From positions 9,364,001-9,428,000 of the forward strand of contig NW_024704743.1 of the NCBI RefSeq assembly GCF_018977255.1: 64,000 bases of DNA. The letters run 5' to 3'. Below are positions 1-11,125 of this stretch, in pieces. Source of the stretch: Callorhinchus milii. Lineage: Eukaryota. The notes under the pieces were generated by a model, which had not been told where the DNA came from, did not search any database, and was given only the letters and a program-made list of their open reading frames with translations. The stretch's first letter is position 1; every line of letters starts with the position of its first letter. A program made the translations under genes and the position numbers.

Positions 1-124
1 ACATCAGGCAAAATGTGTCCAAGAGAATAATGCTGCAAAGTACGTCCAGCAAAGGGAGAGATTTCAGAATGAATTGGTAAAAATACTGATTAACAGCAAG
101 GTTTTTATTTCCCAAGATCGCTAA

Positions 125-545
125 GTGCCAGCCTGTCGGTGGAACTCTCGCCTCAGAGTTCGAAGGTTGTGGATTCGATCCCCGTATCGGGACTTTGATC
201 TCATAGCCTGGGGGGATGCCACTCGAGTGCAGTTGCACTGTGGGAGATGATGTACTTTGAACAAGATGTTAAACTGAGGTCAAATCTGCCCGTTCATGTG
301 GATGTTAAAGATCTTATGGCACTATATGAAAAGGTAAGGGTGTTGGCCCAGTATCTGGGCCAACAATCCCCGAGATAAAATTGGTCATTCACTTTATAGC
401 CGTTTGCAGGACATTGCGCTGTGTAAATTGGCTGCCAATTTTGCCTATAAAATACGCAGTCTACACTTTACAGTATATCCTATGAAGCACTTAGAGATGT
501 CTTTCCAATTTGGAAAGCTTCATATCAAATGCCAGGATTATTATT
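125..545 (+). mobile_element. Deu-domain SINE (family B, SacSINE1/AmnSINE1-like), near full length
   Basis: tRNA-like head (gaaggttgtggattcgatccc), Deu core gatgttaaactgaggtc...gtggatgttaaagatcttatggcact, and tail ...aaatgccaggattattatt. Confidence 0.8.
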
Positions 546-549
546 TTGG

Positions 550-967
550 AGAATGCAGAAGCTCTTTTTAACCCATTTGAACTGTTCCTTTTTGAATACC
601 CACACTACCATCAACCCATCAGAGCATCAAGCTATTTCTTAAGTAGTCCTGGCCTCTACTACTATTTCCTACCACTTGTTCCAGCTACCAATTATTCTTT
701 GCATCATTAATTACTTCATGTTGTCACTATCCCTCCTTAAACGTTGAACCTTTGCCTCTTTGTCCTATTGTCTTATCATATCTGAAAGCATTGCTCTGAG
801 TTTACTTGTTCAATCCCATTTAGTATCTTTTTAGCAACTCTGTAAGGGTTGCCCTCGGAGATGTCCCTTTTCAAGGTTGATGAATTCTGGCTCATCCAGT
901 CATTCCTCATCAGTCATCCCTCTAATCACTGGAGATCATCCTTGTTGCTCACCTTTGCAGAGCCTTA
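550..967 (-). mobile_element. CR1 LINE ORF2 3' relic
   Basis: Reverse complement gives degraded CR1 C-terminal motifs (QRRATRMI..., LEKxxLRGD..., KILNG, RTRG-like). Confidence 0.65.
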
Positions 968-2046
968 AGGGGCTGCATTTTAGAATTGGCTGCTCTTTGT
1001 GACTACCTTGGGCAGGACAAACAAATATTCGATGCTTCAGTTTAATACAATACTTCAACAAAAAGCAGCCCTCAGCTACCAGGAATTTATCACAAGCCAT
1101 AGATTCTGTTTAGCCAAACGTTTGCAAGATTTATCGCCCTCTGTTGCACTTCGGCAAGTTATGATCCATTTAAGCCCACTTAAAGTGACAGTGACAGACA
1201 ATGGCTACTTGAGGTTGCATTCTTAGTGTGTGAAAATTGATTTTCATATTGTCGGGAGAAGATTGTTGAAATTGTGTCTATATCGAGGAGTGTGCACTGA
1301 GCGAAAACATTTTTAAAAAGGTCATTAAAAAAATTCAACCTGAAAATCTGTATTCAATCGTTCACATTTAGCCAACAGAATTATGGTTGTGGATAACTAT
1401 TTCCTTTACTGAAGTTTAACTTCAATCTCAATGGGATATAGAAGCAAACTGCATGGACATTGATCATGTACTACTGTCAGACTTAGAATCAGAAGTAACA
1501 GCACACGCTTGGCCAATCCGGCTGGTGTGGTTAATCTATCTCGTCCTTGAATCCCAAATTCCCTTCTTTCCCTTTTACATTAATTCTCTTCAAACACTTG
1601 CCCCGTTCCCTTTAAATACCTCTGTCCAACTAAAATAGCAAAGAGTTCCAATATTACAAAATTTAGGAGGAATAATCAGGGCATTTGAAAGTCTATGCTG
1701 ACACTGGATGTCTTTTACCTGCAACCCATCTCTCATTTTTAACAGCGCGTAAAAAGGTGTAAAAGTGAGACTTTCTGTGTTGCTGGGGAAAAGAAACACT
1801 AACAATACAACTGTTAAAGAAGAAGAGGTGTTTATCCAGTCAGTCTGTGCTACATGGAAACAGCTCCCCGAAAGAGAAGGATGGGTAGTTAAAACCAACT
1901 GTTATTTCCAGATAATAATTAATAGTTTGTGTTTGCTTCTCCCTTCCCGTTTCAGCGGCTGAACTATAAATCACTTATTGCTTTCTGAAACAAACGCTCT
2001 GTTTATAAACTCCTACACTTACTTTTATTTAGAAGACGCAAGATCA

Positions 2047-2418
<372 letters not shown>

Positions 2419-2621
2419 CTATGCATCGTTTAAGGGCTCAACAGGGCTACAAATCCAATTGCGATAGTGAATTCAATTGCGAATCATTTATGAGATTACA
2501 GATTAGGAGAAAGCCATTCGATCCAACGAGCATAACCTGGTGCCACCTCATCCACTAAAACTAACTACTTTAATTAGTAGTTAACTTCCAGTTCTACAGC
2601 TTGCACCATACTCTTCCATTC

Positions 2622-2698
2622 TACAAAATATGCAGTCAATTTACTTTACAGTATATTCTGTGAAGCGCTTTGAGACATCTCGAAGATGTGATAAGGCA
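2622..2698 (+). mobile_element. SINE family A 3' part; host element of nested insertions, continues at 3189-3201 and 3523-3555
   Basis: cagtcaatttactttacagtatattctgtgaagcgctttgagacatctcgaagatgtgataaggca matches the family A tail. It resumes as aggcactatattg / aatgcaagaattatt after the insertions. Confidence 0.8.
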
Positions 2699-3188
2699 AT
2701 AACAACAAAATTACATTTATAGAGTGCCTTTCACGTCGGGAGGACCTCCCAAAGCACTGAACAATCAGGTGTCGGGGCCCGAGCATGGGGGAGGAGTGGT
2801 GTAGGGGTGAGGGAAGGCAGAGAGGTGGGAGGGCGACCAAAGGAATGGTCGAAGACAAGGGTCTTGAGACTGGCCTCGAAGGAGGCAAGGGAGGAAAGCG
2901 AGGCGAAGGGACCGTACGATGGAGTTCCAGAGTGTGGGGGCAGAGAGGCTGAAAGACCAGCCGACGATGGCGGGGGACATGGAGCAGACCAGAGCCCGCT
3001 TAACGCTTAACGGAGGGAGTGGGCAGGTTGGTAGGGAGTCAGCAGGTCAGAGAGGAGCAGGAGGGGGAAGGCCATGGACAGCCTTGAAAGTGAGGATGAG
3101 GATCTTGAACTCAATCCTCTGGGGGATGGGGAGCCAGTGGAGTCGGACCAGGGTGGGAGTGATGGGGTCACGGAGCCTGGTGCACGAG
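2699..3188 (-). mobile_element. L2 LINE 3' fragment
   Basis: Encodes L2 ORF2 C-terminus (LHWLPIPQRIEFKILILTFKA...APTLWNS) and ends in the tail aaatgtaattttgttg. Flanked by aggca at 2694-2698 and 3189-3193. Confidence 0.9.
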
Positions 3189-3201
3189 AGGCACTATATT
3201 G

Positions 3202-3515
3202 TGGAGTCCTGTAGCTCAGTGATTAGAGCACTCGCTTTGCAAGTGAGAGACCTGAGTTCAATTCCAGGCAGGGCGAAACCTTGGGCAAGTTTCCTTACTC
3301 CACACGCCTAATAATAATCCCTCCAAAAAAACAAAACAATAATAAATTGGTCATTTTCAATCCATGACTGTTTGGGGGACATTGCTGTGCGCAATTGGCT
3401 GCCGCGTTCGCCCACAAATATACAGTCAATTCACTTTACAGTATATTCTGTGAAGCGCTTTGGGATGTCTAGAAGACGTGAAAAGCGCTACATCAAATGC
3501 AAGGATTATTATTAT
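3202..3515 (+). mobile_element. tRNA-Ala-like SINE family A, full length, short subtype (SINE2-1_CM-like by recollection)
   Basis: Head ggagtcctgtagctcagtgattagagc (A box), anticodon arm ctcgc-tttgcaa-gtgag (TGC), B box gttcaattcc, tail aaatgcaaggattattatt. Target-site duplication (TSD) tatattg at 3195-3201 and 3516-3522. Confidence 0.92.
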
Positions 3516-3689
3516 TATATTGAATGCAAGAATTATTATTATTATTATTATTATTCCAATGGTGGCCAAGCTTCCAGCCAAATGTCCGCAGCCTCCTCAA
3601 CCATCTTTCTTCTGCCTTATGTTTGGTCAATAATTCTACCTTTCATACTCAGTGCTCTTTATTATAAAGTTCAGCATTTTAAGAGATTC

Positions 3690-3960
3690 ATCCTATGTGA
3701 AAAGCACTCAACAAGTTCACCTTATCATTGTAATCTTAATTCCTGCTCTTTCCCGCACCCTTTAATATTCCTCCTCTTGAAATGTTTTGTCCAATCCCCT
3801 TTTCAACACTGCTATGGTCTCAACTTCAACAGCTACGTGCATCAAAGCATTCTATATTCCAAAAACCCTCTGAATAAACGTCTAATCTGCCCTCAACTCC
3901 TGCAGTGACCATCCTAATTCAAAGGTGCTCACTATGTTAGATGAGTTAGACATGGGTAAC
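3690..3960 (-). mobile_element. Old CR1 3' relic
   Basis: Degenerate similarity to the better CR1 copies at 30255-30582 and 54855-55168. Confidence 0.5.
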
Positions 3961-4329
3961 ATTGTTGCCATTGTGATTTCTACATTGAGGGAACAAAATC
4001 TCACTATCCCCTTCACTTAGTCAACACTCAAAGTGGGGGAAAGGCTTGTAGATTATCCTCGTTAAATACTCGGAATAAAACTTGATCATTTCATTCATGT
4101 CGCCTTGTAGGATATTGACTGTCGGGTTTGCCTACAAATGCATAGTCACTGCACTTTACAGTAAACATTGTGAAGTGCTTTGAAATGTCCTTCCAACGTG
4201 AAAGGCACCATATCAATTGCAAAGGTTATAAATATTATTATTGTAATACAACAAAACAACAATTTGCATTTATATAGCTCCGTTCACACAGAATAACAGA
4301 TTCTCAGGCTCTTCTTTAGAAATAATAGC

Positions 4330-4915
4330 CAGCTATTTCGAAGGCTTTCAATGAATGTCAGCTGCTGTGAATCCGAACCCCATGGACAATTAGCCGTAAT
4401 AACAATGACTTTTGCTGCTGATGTTCAAGAAATAACAAGCAGCATCGTCCTGACAGATGTTTTTAAAATCAGGTTGGCTAAACACAAAGATTTTACCGCT
4501 CCGTTTGTCGCAGGGCTGATCCTCATCTCATTAACAGGACCTCAAAAGGTCCCAGTCACCTGCCACGTTTCTATGTAATAAACAGTAACCCTTTTTTTAT
4601 ATATATATATTCACAGTATATATACACCAGGGCCTTCCAAGGGATAATGCTTCTAATGTGCTGCTTTCCTTCTGAGCACGAATTAAGCTGCTAAATCCTT
4701 ATGGTGCTTCACAATGATCTGGTTTGTCAAATCCTAAATCATCTGAAGCTGGTTAGGCTAATTTAATGCAATGACTAGGCCAATATTGTCCGAGACCAAC
4801 AAGCAACAATGCCGCTGATGCTTGCTGTCAGACAGCCACGAGGCTGCACAATTATTCACCATTCCCCTGTGATCTGAAATTTCACGCTTAATTCCTTAAA
4901 CTACGGGCAACCGCA
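4330..4915. promoter_or_regulatory. Candidate conserved non-coding element / enhancer
   Basis: No recognisable repeat or coding signal; TGACAG (4451-4456), CTGTCA (4825-4830), TAAATCA, TAATTTAAT and ACAAT motifs. Conservation not tested. Confidence 0.4.
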
Positions 4916-5444
4916 TAGGCACACAGCACCCAAATGCTGTCAAGGACGCCATGGTGTCTGCTGCCTGTTCACTTACTCTCTCCTCCCCCCATTATTTGAC
5001 CCAAGTACATGCTCCACTGGAATGGGTGGAGCCCCTGAACATCTCCTTTCATTCTTCTCGTTTCATCTCGTACAAAAAGCTGGCAAGCCTTCAAGTAGTT
5101 TGACAGCATTAACATTTCCCTATTAACACGTAGGCTTCCTCCTTGGTAAGAAATTGCATGGGATTTAGGGTATAAATATGCAGCGATTGTGAGGGAATTG
5201 GGAGGTGTGACCTGACCCTGACGCAGTGGCTGCAGATTGCAACTTTCTTCCAAGCTTTGCACCGAGTTACAAAAGTCATTAAAAATGTAGCAGAATCAAA
5301 ATAATTTTTTCACAAGAAAGGATCCTTGGCCCATCGTGCCCGTGCCAGCTCTCTGTGAGATCTAACAGTCTAGGTCCCACTCCCCAGCCTTTTCCCTATT
5401 CTCTTTTATATTTATCCAATAAAAGACTTGATGTTTGACATTAC

Positions 5445-5590
5445 TTCGATGGTTCAGCCACTTTACTCACTGAGCAGCTGAGAAAATCAAACAGGCTGAG
5501 AAAGTCCTTGGTTTTATCCCCAGCAGGTGCTGTGTTCATCTAAACTGGGATAGAAATGTGGGCACCATAGTTCTCGCCAGGCTCCACCAT
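5445..5590 (+). mobile_element. Ancient SINE fragment (AmnSINE2-like), 5' part
   Basis: atggttcagcc...gaaagtccttggttttatccccagcaggtgctgtgttcatct resembles the heads of the copies at 22750-23005 and 46865-47085. Confidence 0.4.
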
Positions 5591-7045
5591 CTCCCAATAT
5601 CAATATGCTCACACTTAGCCCACAAATCCCTTCATGCCCTTCCTTCCAGCACATAGTGCACAGGTGCAGCATGCAGCAAATGAGGTCAGCAATAACCTGA
5701 CAACCTCAAGGACAACCATTTTTAGAACAGAAAGCCAGCGGATCCACAACAAAAGCAAGCCGCACAACAACAACTTGCATTTATATAGCGCCCCCTCACG
5801 CAGGGTCACATCCCAAAGCAAGCCGTACTTCTGGTAATACAGGTTCACAGGACACGCCCTCGTTGTAAGCAGACTTGAGGCACTGAATCGTGGTGTCTCC
5901 CTGTAAAATGTTTAAATATTGCTGTACTAATGAAAAGATGCATTTTGGGACAGAAAATCTGACATTTCTAAAAACATCCAAAGAGCTGAAGGTTACACAT
6001 GACTTTATCAGCAAAGTTAATAAAACATAATATCACAGAACAAATTGGATTGCAGAAACTTTATTGGAAAAGTCTGCCAGGGATGAACATTCATCACAAG
6101 ACTCATCATCATCCAACAAACCTTTCAAGGCCCCACTTTCTAGCTTTTAAGCATCAATTTGCAACTGTACTAGAGTCTCAAATGACTCTGCACCAAACTA
6201 CCACCGAATCTGGTGATTTCAATCACAAGCATAGACCACACTAGAATAATCTGCAAAATGACTTGCAAAAGAACAGAAAACTTTTGTGTTACTCTTCCCT
6301 TATCCCCCCACCAAGTAAGGAACACAATGGTTTCAGGCAGCACAGTGCTGGAAAAAGCAAAGTTTCTAGCATTCACGTTGCAACAAAGGACAAGGCTACA
6401 TATGCAGCAGTAAAAACCTTCTGTAAAGAGGTTTTCATTGAAGAAATTAAAACCAATATTGCAGTATAATAATCCTTGCACTTGATTTAGTACAAGCCAC
6501 CAATGGGAATGACTATTGGGAAGTTCATGTTTAGATATCAGTGAGGATCGGATCAGGCTTGGTTCCCATAATAATAACAATAACAATCCTTTCATTTCAT
6601 TCACATCGGGAGGACATCCCAAAGCGCTTTACAGGACATACTGTAAATTGTGGTGACTGTGTACTTTGTGGACCCATGTTCACACTTGGCTGAATAGTCA
6701 GTGGACTCTTATGTAAGTCAAAATGCAGCCACTAAGAAACGTGGGAGAACCCAGAGAATTGTAACCCCAGCATAAATTGCTACTGATCACACAGACAGGA
6801 GCTCTGGTTCCTATTCTTAAAATCAGAAGAAATTTACATAAGAGCAAGGAATTTCAAATTTATTCTCACATGTTTTTCCACTTATCTTGAAGATTAATTA
6901 GGCATAGGCAAAAACATGAAATGTAATGAGTATAATTCCCAACATGGATTTCAAGTTGTCTCGTTACAAAATCAGAACCATCTCCCATGTCAGCCAAAAT
7001 AATAATAGAAACTTTTCTGCAAATACAGTACAACAAGTCCAACAG

Positions 7046-7310
7046 GTGTCAGTCTGGTTCAGTTGGTAGCACTCTTGCCTTGGAGTCAGAAAATCATGGG
7101 TTTAAAACCCACGTTAGGATAGTCTAGATATCTAGATAGTCTAGATTTTGAGCTCTCAGTCTCTGTTTTACCAGAAGTGCCATCCTTTGGATGAGACATT
7201 AAACCAAGGTCTCATTGGCCTGTTCAAGTGGGTATTAAAAATCCCATGCACTATTCAAAGAGAGAAGGGAATTTCTCCTGGTGTCCTGGCTAACAATTTA
7301 GCTTATCACA
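7046..7310 (+). mobile_element. Deu-domain SINE (family B), 5' two-thirds
   Basis: gtgtcagtctggttcagttggtagcactcttgcc head; ggatgagacattaaaccaaggtc...aaaaatcccatgcactatt...cctggtgtcctggc core. Confidence 0.8.
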
Positions 7311-7419
7311 ATGACGTGCGGTATCAAATGAAACAACAACAAACCACAAATTATATTTGGATAGCGCCTTTCAGGTGAGGAGGACCCAAAGGGTCCTTGA
7401 ATGAAACCTTGGATGAAAT

Positions 7420-7960
7420 GATGATAATTATTATGTATGAGAGACAATTAGAAAATATTCATCAACAACAATGAACGCATTTGTTAATGTGAAATAAACC
7501 AAATAATGCAATGGTGTTTGGGGATTTGCGTGTGTGTGTATACGACAGGAGGAGGGTGATAAACAGTAAAAAAAAATTACCATTAAACTGACTTAAACAC
7601 AACAAACAATTCTGCCACTTGAGAAATATCTGGTCAGTATGTTCGCAAAAGCATAGGTCAATAATTTCTCCCCCCCTCACCCTCAATGACTATCTGCTGT
7701 CTGCAATACTCCCTTTGCTCCTGACAATGTTTCTCTCTGATGGACTCAGAAGCACTTGGCTGGATTGTGGGGAAGGTGGGAGGGGAAACGGAACAAATTC
7801 TGTGATTTATTAGAAGCAGGCCCAGATTAATCAATGAACCTACTAATTTATGGCTTAAGGCCCCGAGGTCTGAGGGGCCCCAGATATGGATATCACGTTG
7901 AAAATTTAGCTCTGCTTATTATTAGATTACCTAAAATTACCATAACTATTTGTAGAACAG
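7420..7960. promoter_or_regulatory. Candidate conserved non-coding element / enhancer
   Basis: Repeat-free; TGATTTAT (7803-7810), TAATTTATGG (7844-7853), TGACA (7722-7726), several ACAAT. Conservation not tested. Confidence 0.45.
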
Positions 7961-8494
7961 CAGTAAAAAGTCAAACCAGGCCCGAGTCAGATGTACATAC
8001 TCATGCTTATATGTCATCAGAACCGATGAGCTGAAAACGATTATCACAATTGGGAAAAGCACATGGAGCTGATGCACTTGTGACATTTTTTCGTATAAAC
8101 GGTAGGTAAATCAGCTTTTAATCACTTTATCCTGTCATTTGCACCTTTACATGCTTTTAAAATGTCTTATGTTCATTTATAAGTATTTTTAAATGTATTA
8201 AAACAAAATTTCGTATTAAATATCAACATGTGGCTTGTGATCCACACAAAGTTTAATGTGCACAGTATGAAAGGCCTCCAAATTTGATCTTGAGTTTAAG
8301 TCCCCCTCCCATATCCCTTAATCTGGCTCTGATTTGAAGGCAACATAGCTTTAATAATTTGTCCACAAGTTAACCATTATTATACTTTACAGTACTTCCT
8401 GTGAAGCGCTCTGAGGCACCATCCTGATGTGAAAGACTATACCAAATGTAAAGATTATCATCATTATTCTAAAAATGAACAATATTGTTCGGTT

Positions 8495-8675
8495 TCTCAA
8501 AAAAATCATAGATTGGTCAATCAATCCACGACTGTTTGTAGGACACTGCACTGCGTAAATAGCTGCCACGTTTCATCCACAAAATATACAGTCAATTCAC
8601 TTTACAGTGAAGCACTTTGAGATGTCTTTAAGATGTGATAAGGCGCTATATCAAATGCAAGGATCATTATTATTA
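8495..8675 (+). mobile_element. SINE family A, 5'-truncated
   Basis: caatccacgactgtttgtaggacactg...gcgctatatcaaatgcaaggatcattattatt. Confidence 0.8.
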
Positions 8676-9194
8676 TGTGCAATTTAAACACTATTCGGAT
8701 GAGTTGATTCAAATGTCCCAGGGTTCATTCAGCTGTGCACAGTGGTGTTCAGAGATCACTCGTCAGATAAAACTGTGACTGTGGGTAGAAAGAGTTTTTT
8801 TTAAAAAGTTTTTTTAAACGCATAAAAAGTCAGATCACTGCAAGTGCACAACGCAGAATTGAGAAGGATTGAATTCACTGGTCATTGAAGAGTTTCAGCA
8901 GGCGTCTGTCCCGGAACAATGGCACACAAGCCTCGAAGCATAGAAATCACAGTACTGTATACAAGGTCGTTGAGCCTAAACCTCTGCCTCAGGTTGCATT
9001 GCAGTTAATGTGATATCCGCATTCGCGATTATACTTCCAAATAGTAACTATTAAAGCAAAACTAAAAATAAATATGTAGAACCAAATGTAATGCACAAGA
9101 GTGACATCAATGCACGCCACAACTTATGTGCCTTGCAAACTGTTTTAATGTGGCAGAAAAATTCCCACATTGCAAAAATCCCTCTTTGTAGGCA

Positions 9195-9362
9195 CCACTC
9201 AGGGCTGGAAAGTGATGAGATGTGTGTGTGGACACTGGCTGAGGACAGGATCTGGTTAAGGTTCAGTGCACTCTTCAGCTGAACAGCTTGTCAGCAGTGT
9301 ACTGTCTGTCTGGACTCGCACAGCAAGAACAGTCTCTTTGTTGACGTTTTAGAGGGCAGGCC
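9195..9362 (+). mobile_element. Ancient SINE fragment (AmnSINE2-like), 3' part
   Basis: gctggaaagtg...gtgtgtgtggacactggctgaggacaggatctgg...ctgtctggactcgcacagcaagaa matches the recalled AmnSINE2 body. Confidence 0.5.
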
Positions 9363-9384
9363 TATGGAATTGTGCCACAAAAGT

Positions 9385-9918
9385 CAATGTTGCATGAGTT
9401 CAAGAGAGGTGAAAACTCTGCAGCTCGTGTCCTCTCCCGCACCAAACTCCGTGAACCCATCTCCCCCATTCTTGCCCGATTCCATTCGCTCCCTATCCTT
9501 CAGAGGATCCAGTTCAGGATCCTGGTCCTTACCACAAAGACCTCCACGGCCTCACTCCATCTTACCTCTGCGACCTCCTAACCCCCTATCAACCCACCCG
9601 CTTCCTCCACTCAGCCGGCTCCGGCCTGCTCCACGTCCCCCGACCCACCCGCCCCACCATTGGTGGGAGAGCCTTCAGCCATTCTGCCCCCAACCTCTGG
9701 AATTCCATCCCCCAGTCATTCCGCCTCGCCCCCTCCTTAGCCTCCTTCAAGTCCCGCCTCAAGACTCTCCTCTTCGACCATGCCATCGGCCACCCCTCTT
9801 CCCCTCTCCTCCCTTCTCCCGCCCGACCCCAGCTCTGAAATGCTGTGGACTGTCCAGCGCCTTGGGACATCCTCGCGACGTGAAAGGTGCTATACAAATG
9901 TAATCTTGTTGTTGTTGT
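9385..9918 (+). mobile_element. L2 LINE 3' fragment
   Basis: ENSAARVLSRTKLREPISPILARFHSLPILQRIQFRILVLT; tail cagcgccttgggacatcctcgcgacgtgaaaggtgctatacaaatgtaatcttgttgttg. Confidence 0.9.
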
Positions 9919-10054
9919 GAAGGAAGGAAAAAAAAAGGAAGGAAATGAAAGAGAAGGTGGGACGAAGAGAGAGAAAGAGAGAGTGAGATGGAGTTCCAAC
10001 AAAGCTGAACTGCCAGCATCTGGAGAACATGAGTGAATGAAAAAGATAAGATAG

Positions 10055-10196
10055 AAAATGGATAGATATTTGTTAGGTACGGTTATCCAGGGATATAGGG
10101 TAAGGATGGGAATTGGAGTTGAGGTACAGATCTAACAGAATGGCAGAACAGGCTCAAGGGACTGAATGACCTACACCTGTTCCTATGTTCCTATGA
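10055..10196 (+). mobile_element. CR1-type 3' UTR/tail
   Basis: Ends ggctcaagggactgaatgacctacacctgttcctatgttcctatg, with a terminal 8-mer tandem repeat typical of CR1 3' ends. Confidence 0.6.
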
Positions 10197-11125
10197 ATGA
10201 AAAAGCACTCCACACGGGGAGGAGATGGGCCCTGGCACTGAGGTTAAGTAAGAGGAAACAATAAGAGAGCAGCGCACATTCAGCACCAGACGGGACTCAG
10301 CAGAACAACTTTAGAAACCATGTCTGTGGGAGCAGCACTGGTGCCAATGATGTAAAAAGGCCAATTTATGTTTTGTAATTAACATGTGCTTTGTGAATAT
10401 AAACATGACTACGGCACCCAAGAAAATACATATCTCATCGCAAACCATCTGTCTTGCATTACAAGTATCTGAGGTTACCTGTGATAACTTGGCAATAATC
10501 ATAATTTATCTAATTGGAGAATATGGAGCAAATTGCGAGAATAGGAATTTTTTTTAATTAAAATAATTTAAAATATCAATAATGTAAGAATTACAACTAT
10601 AATGGACAAAAATGTGGTGTAATAATTATATCTCAATGAAACTGGTTTAGCATTTACAATACAAGTTACATTCTTATTACGCCTTTCATGTTGGAAGGAC
10701 ATTTCAACCAAAAATTTCTTGCGTTTATATAGTGCCCTTCAGGCAGGATAGCATCTCGGAGTTCTGCACAATGCTAGGGTTGGACGCTGAGCAAAGAGGT
10801 AGATCTTAAACTTTACAATGCTTTACACAGCTATTTGAGCACCTCGGCTGGGGAAAAGTGGGGTGGGGGACAGGGGGGAAAGAAGATGTAAGTAGAGCCA
10901 AAGAGGGGGTCTTGAGGTGGGCTTTGAAAGACGAGAGAAAAAGGTGAATCAGAAAGACTCCAGGATTCACTTGCCAGACTGAATCCGAGCATAATGTACA
11001 GCACAAGTTACCTTCATTATAAGCTCTAATAAGTGAAGATCATGTTTGGATCTTGGAAAATCTGTCTAAACCGTGCAGGTGTTAATACAAAAACCTAATT
11101 GGGAGACTGAGACAAGACAGATGTG

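Noticed and set aside
3203..3275. tRNA-Ala gene
   Set aside because: A/B boxes and a TGC anticodon arm are present, but there is no proper acceptor stem and it runs into a dispersed SINE body. The same applies to all family A and B heads.
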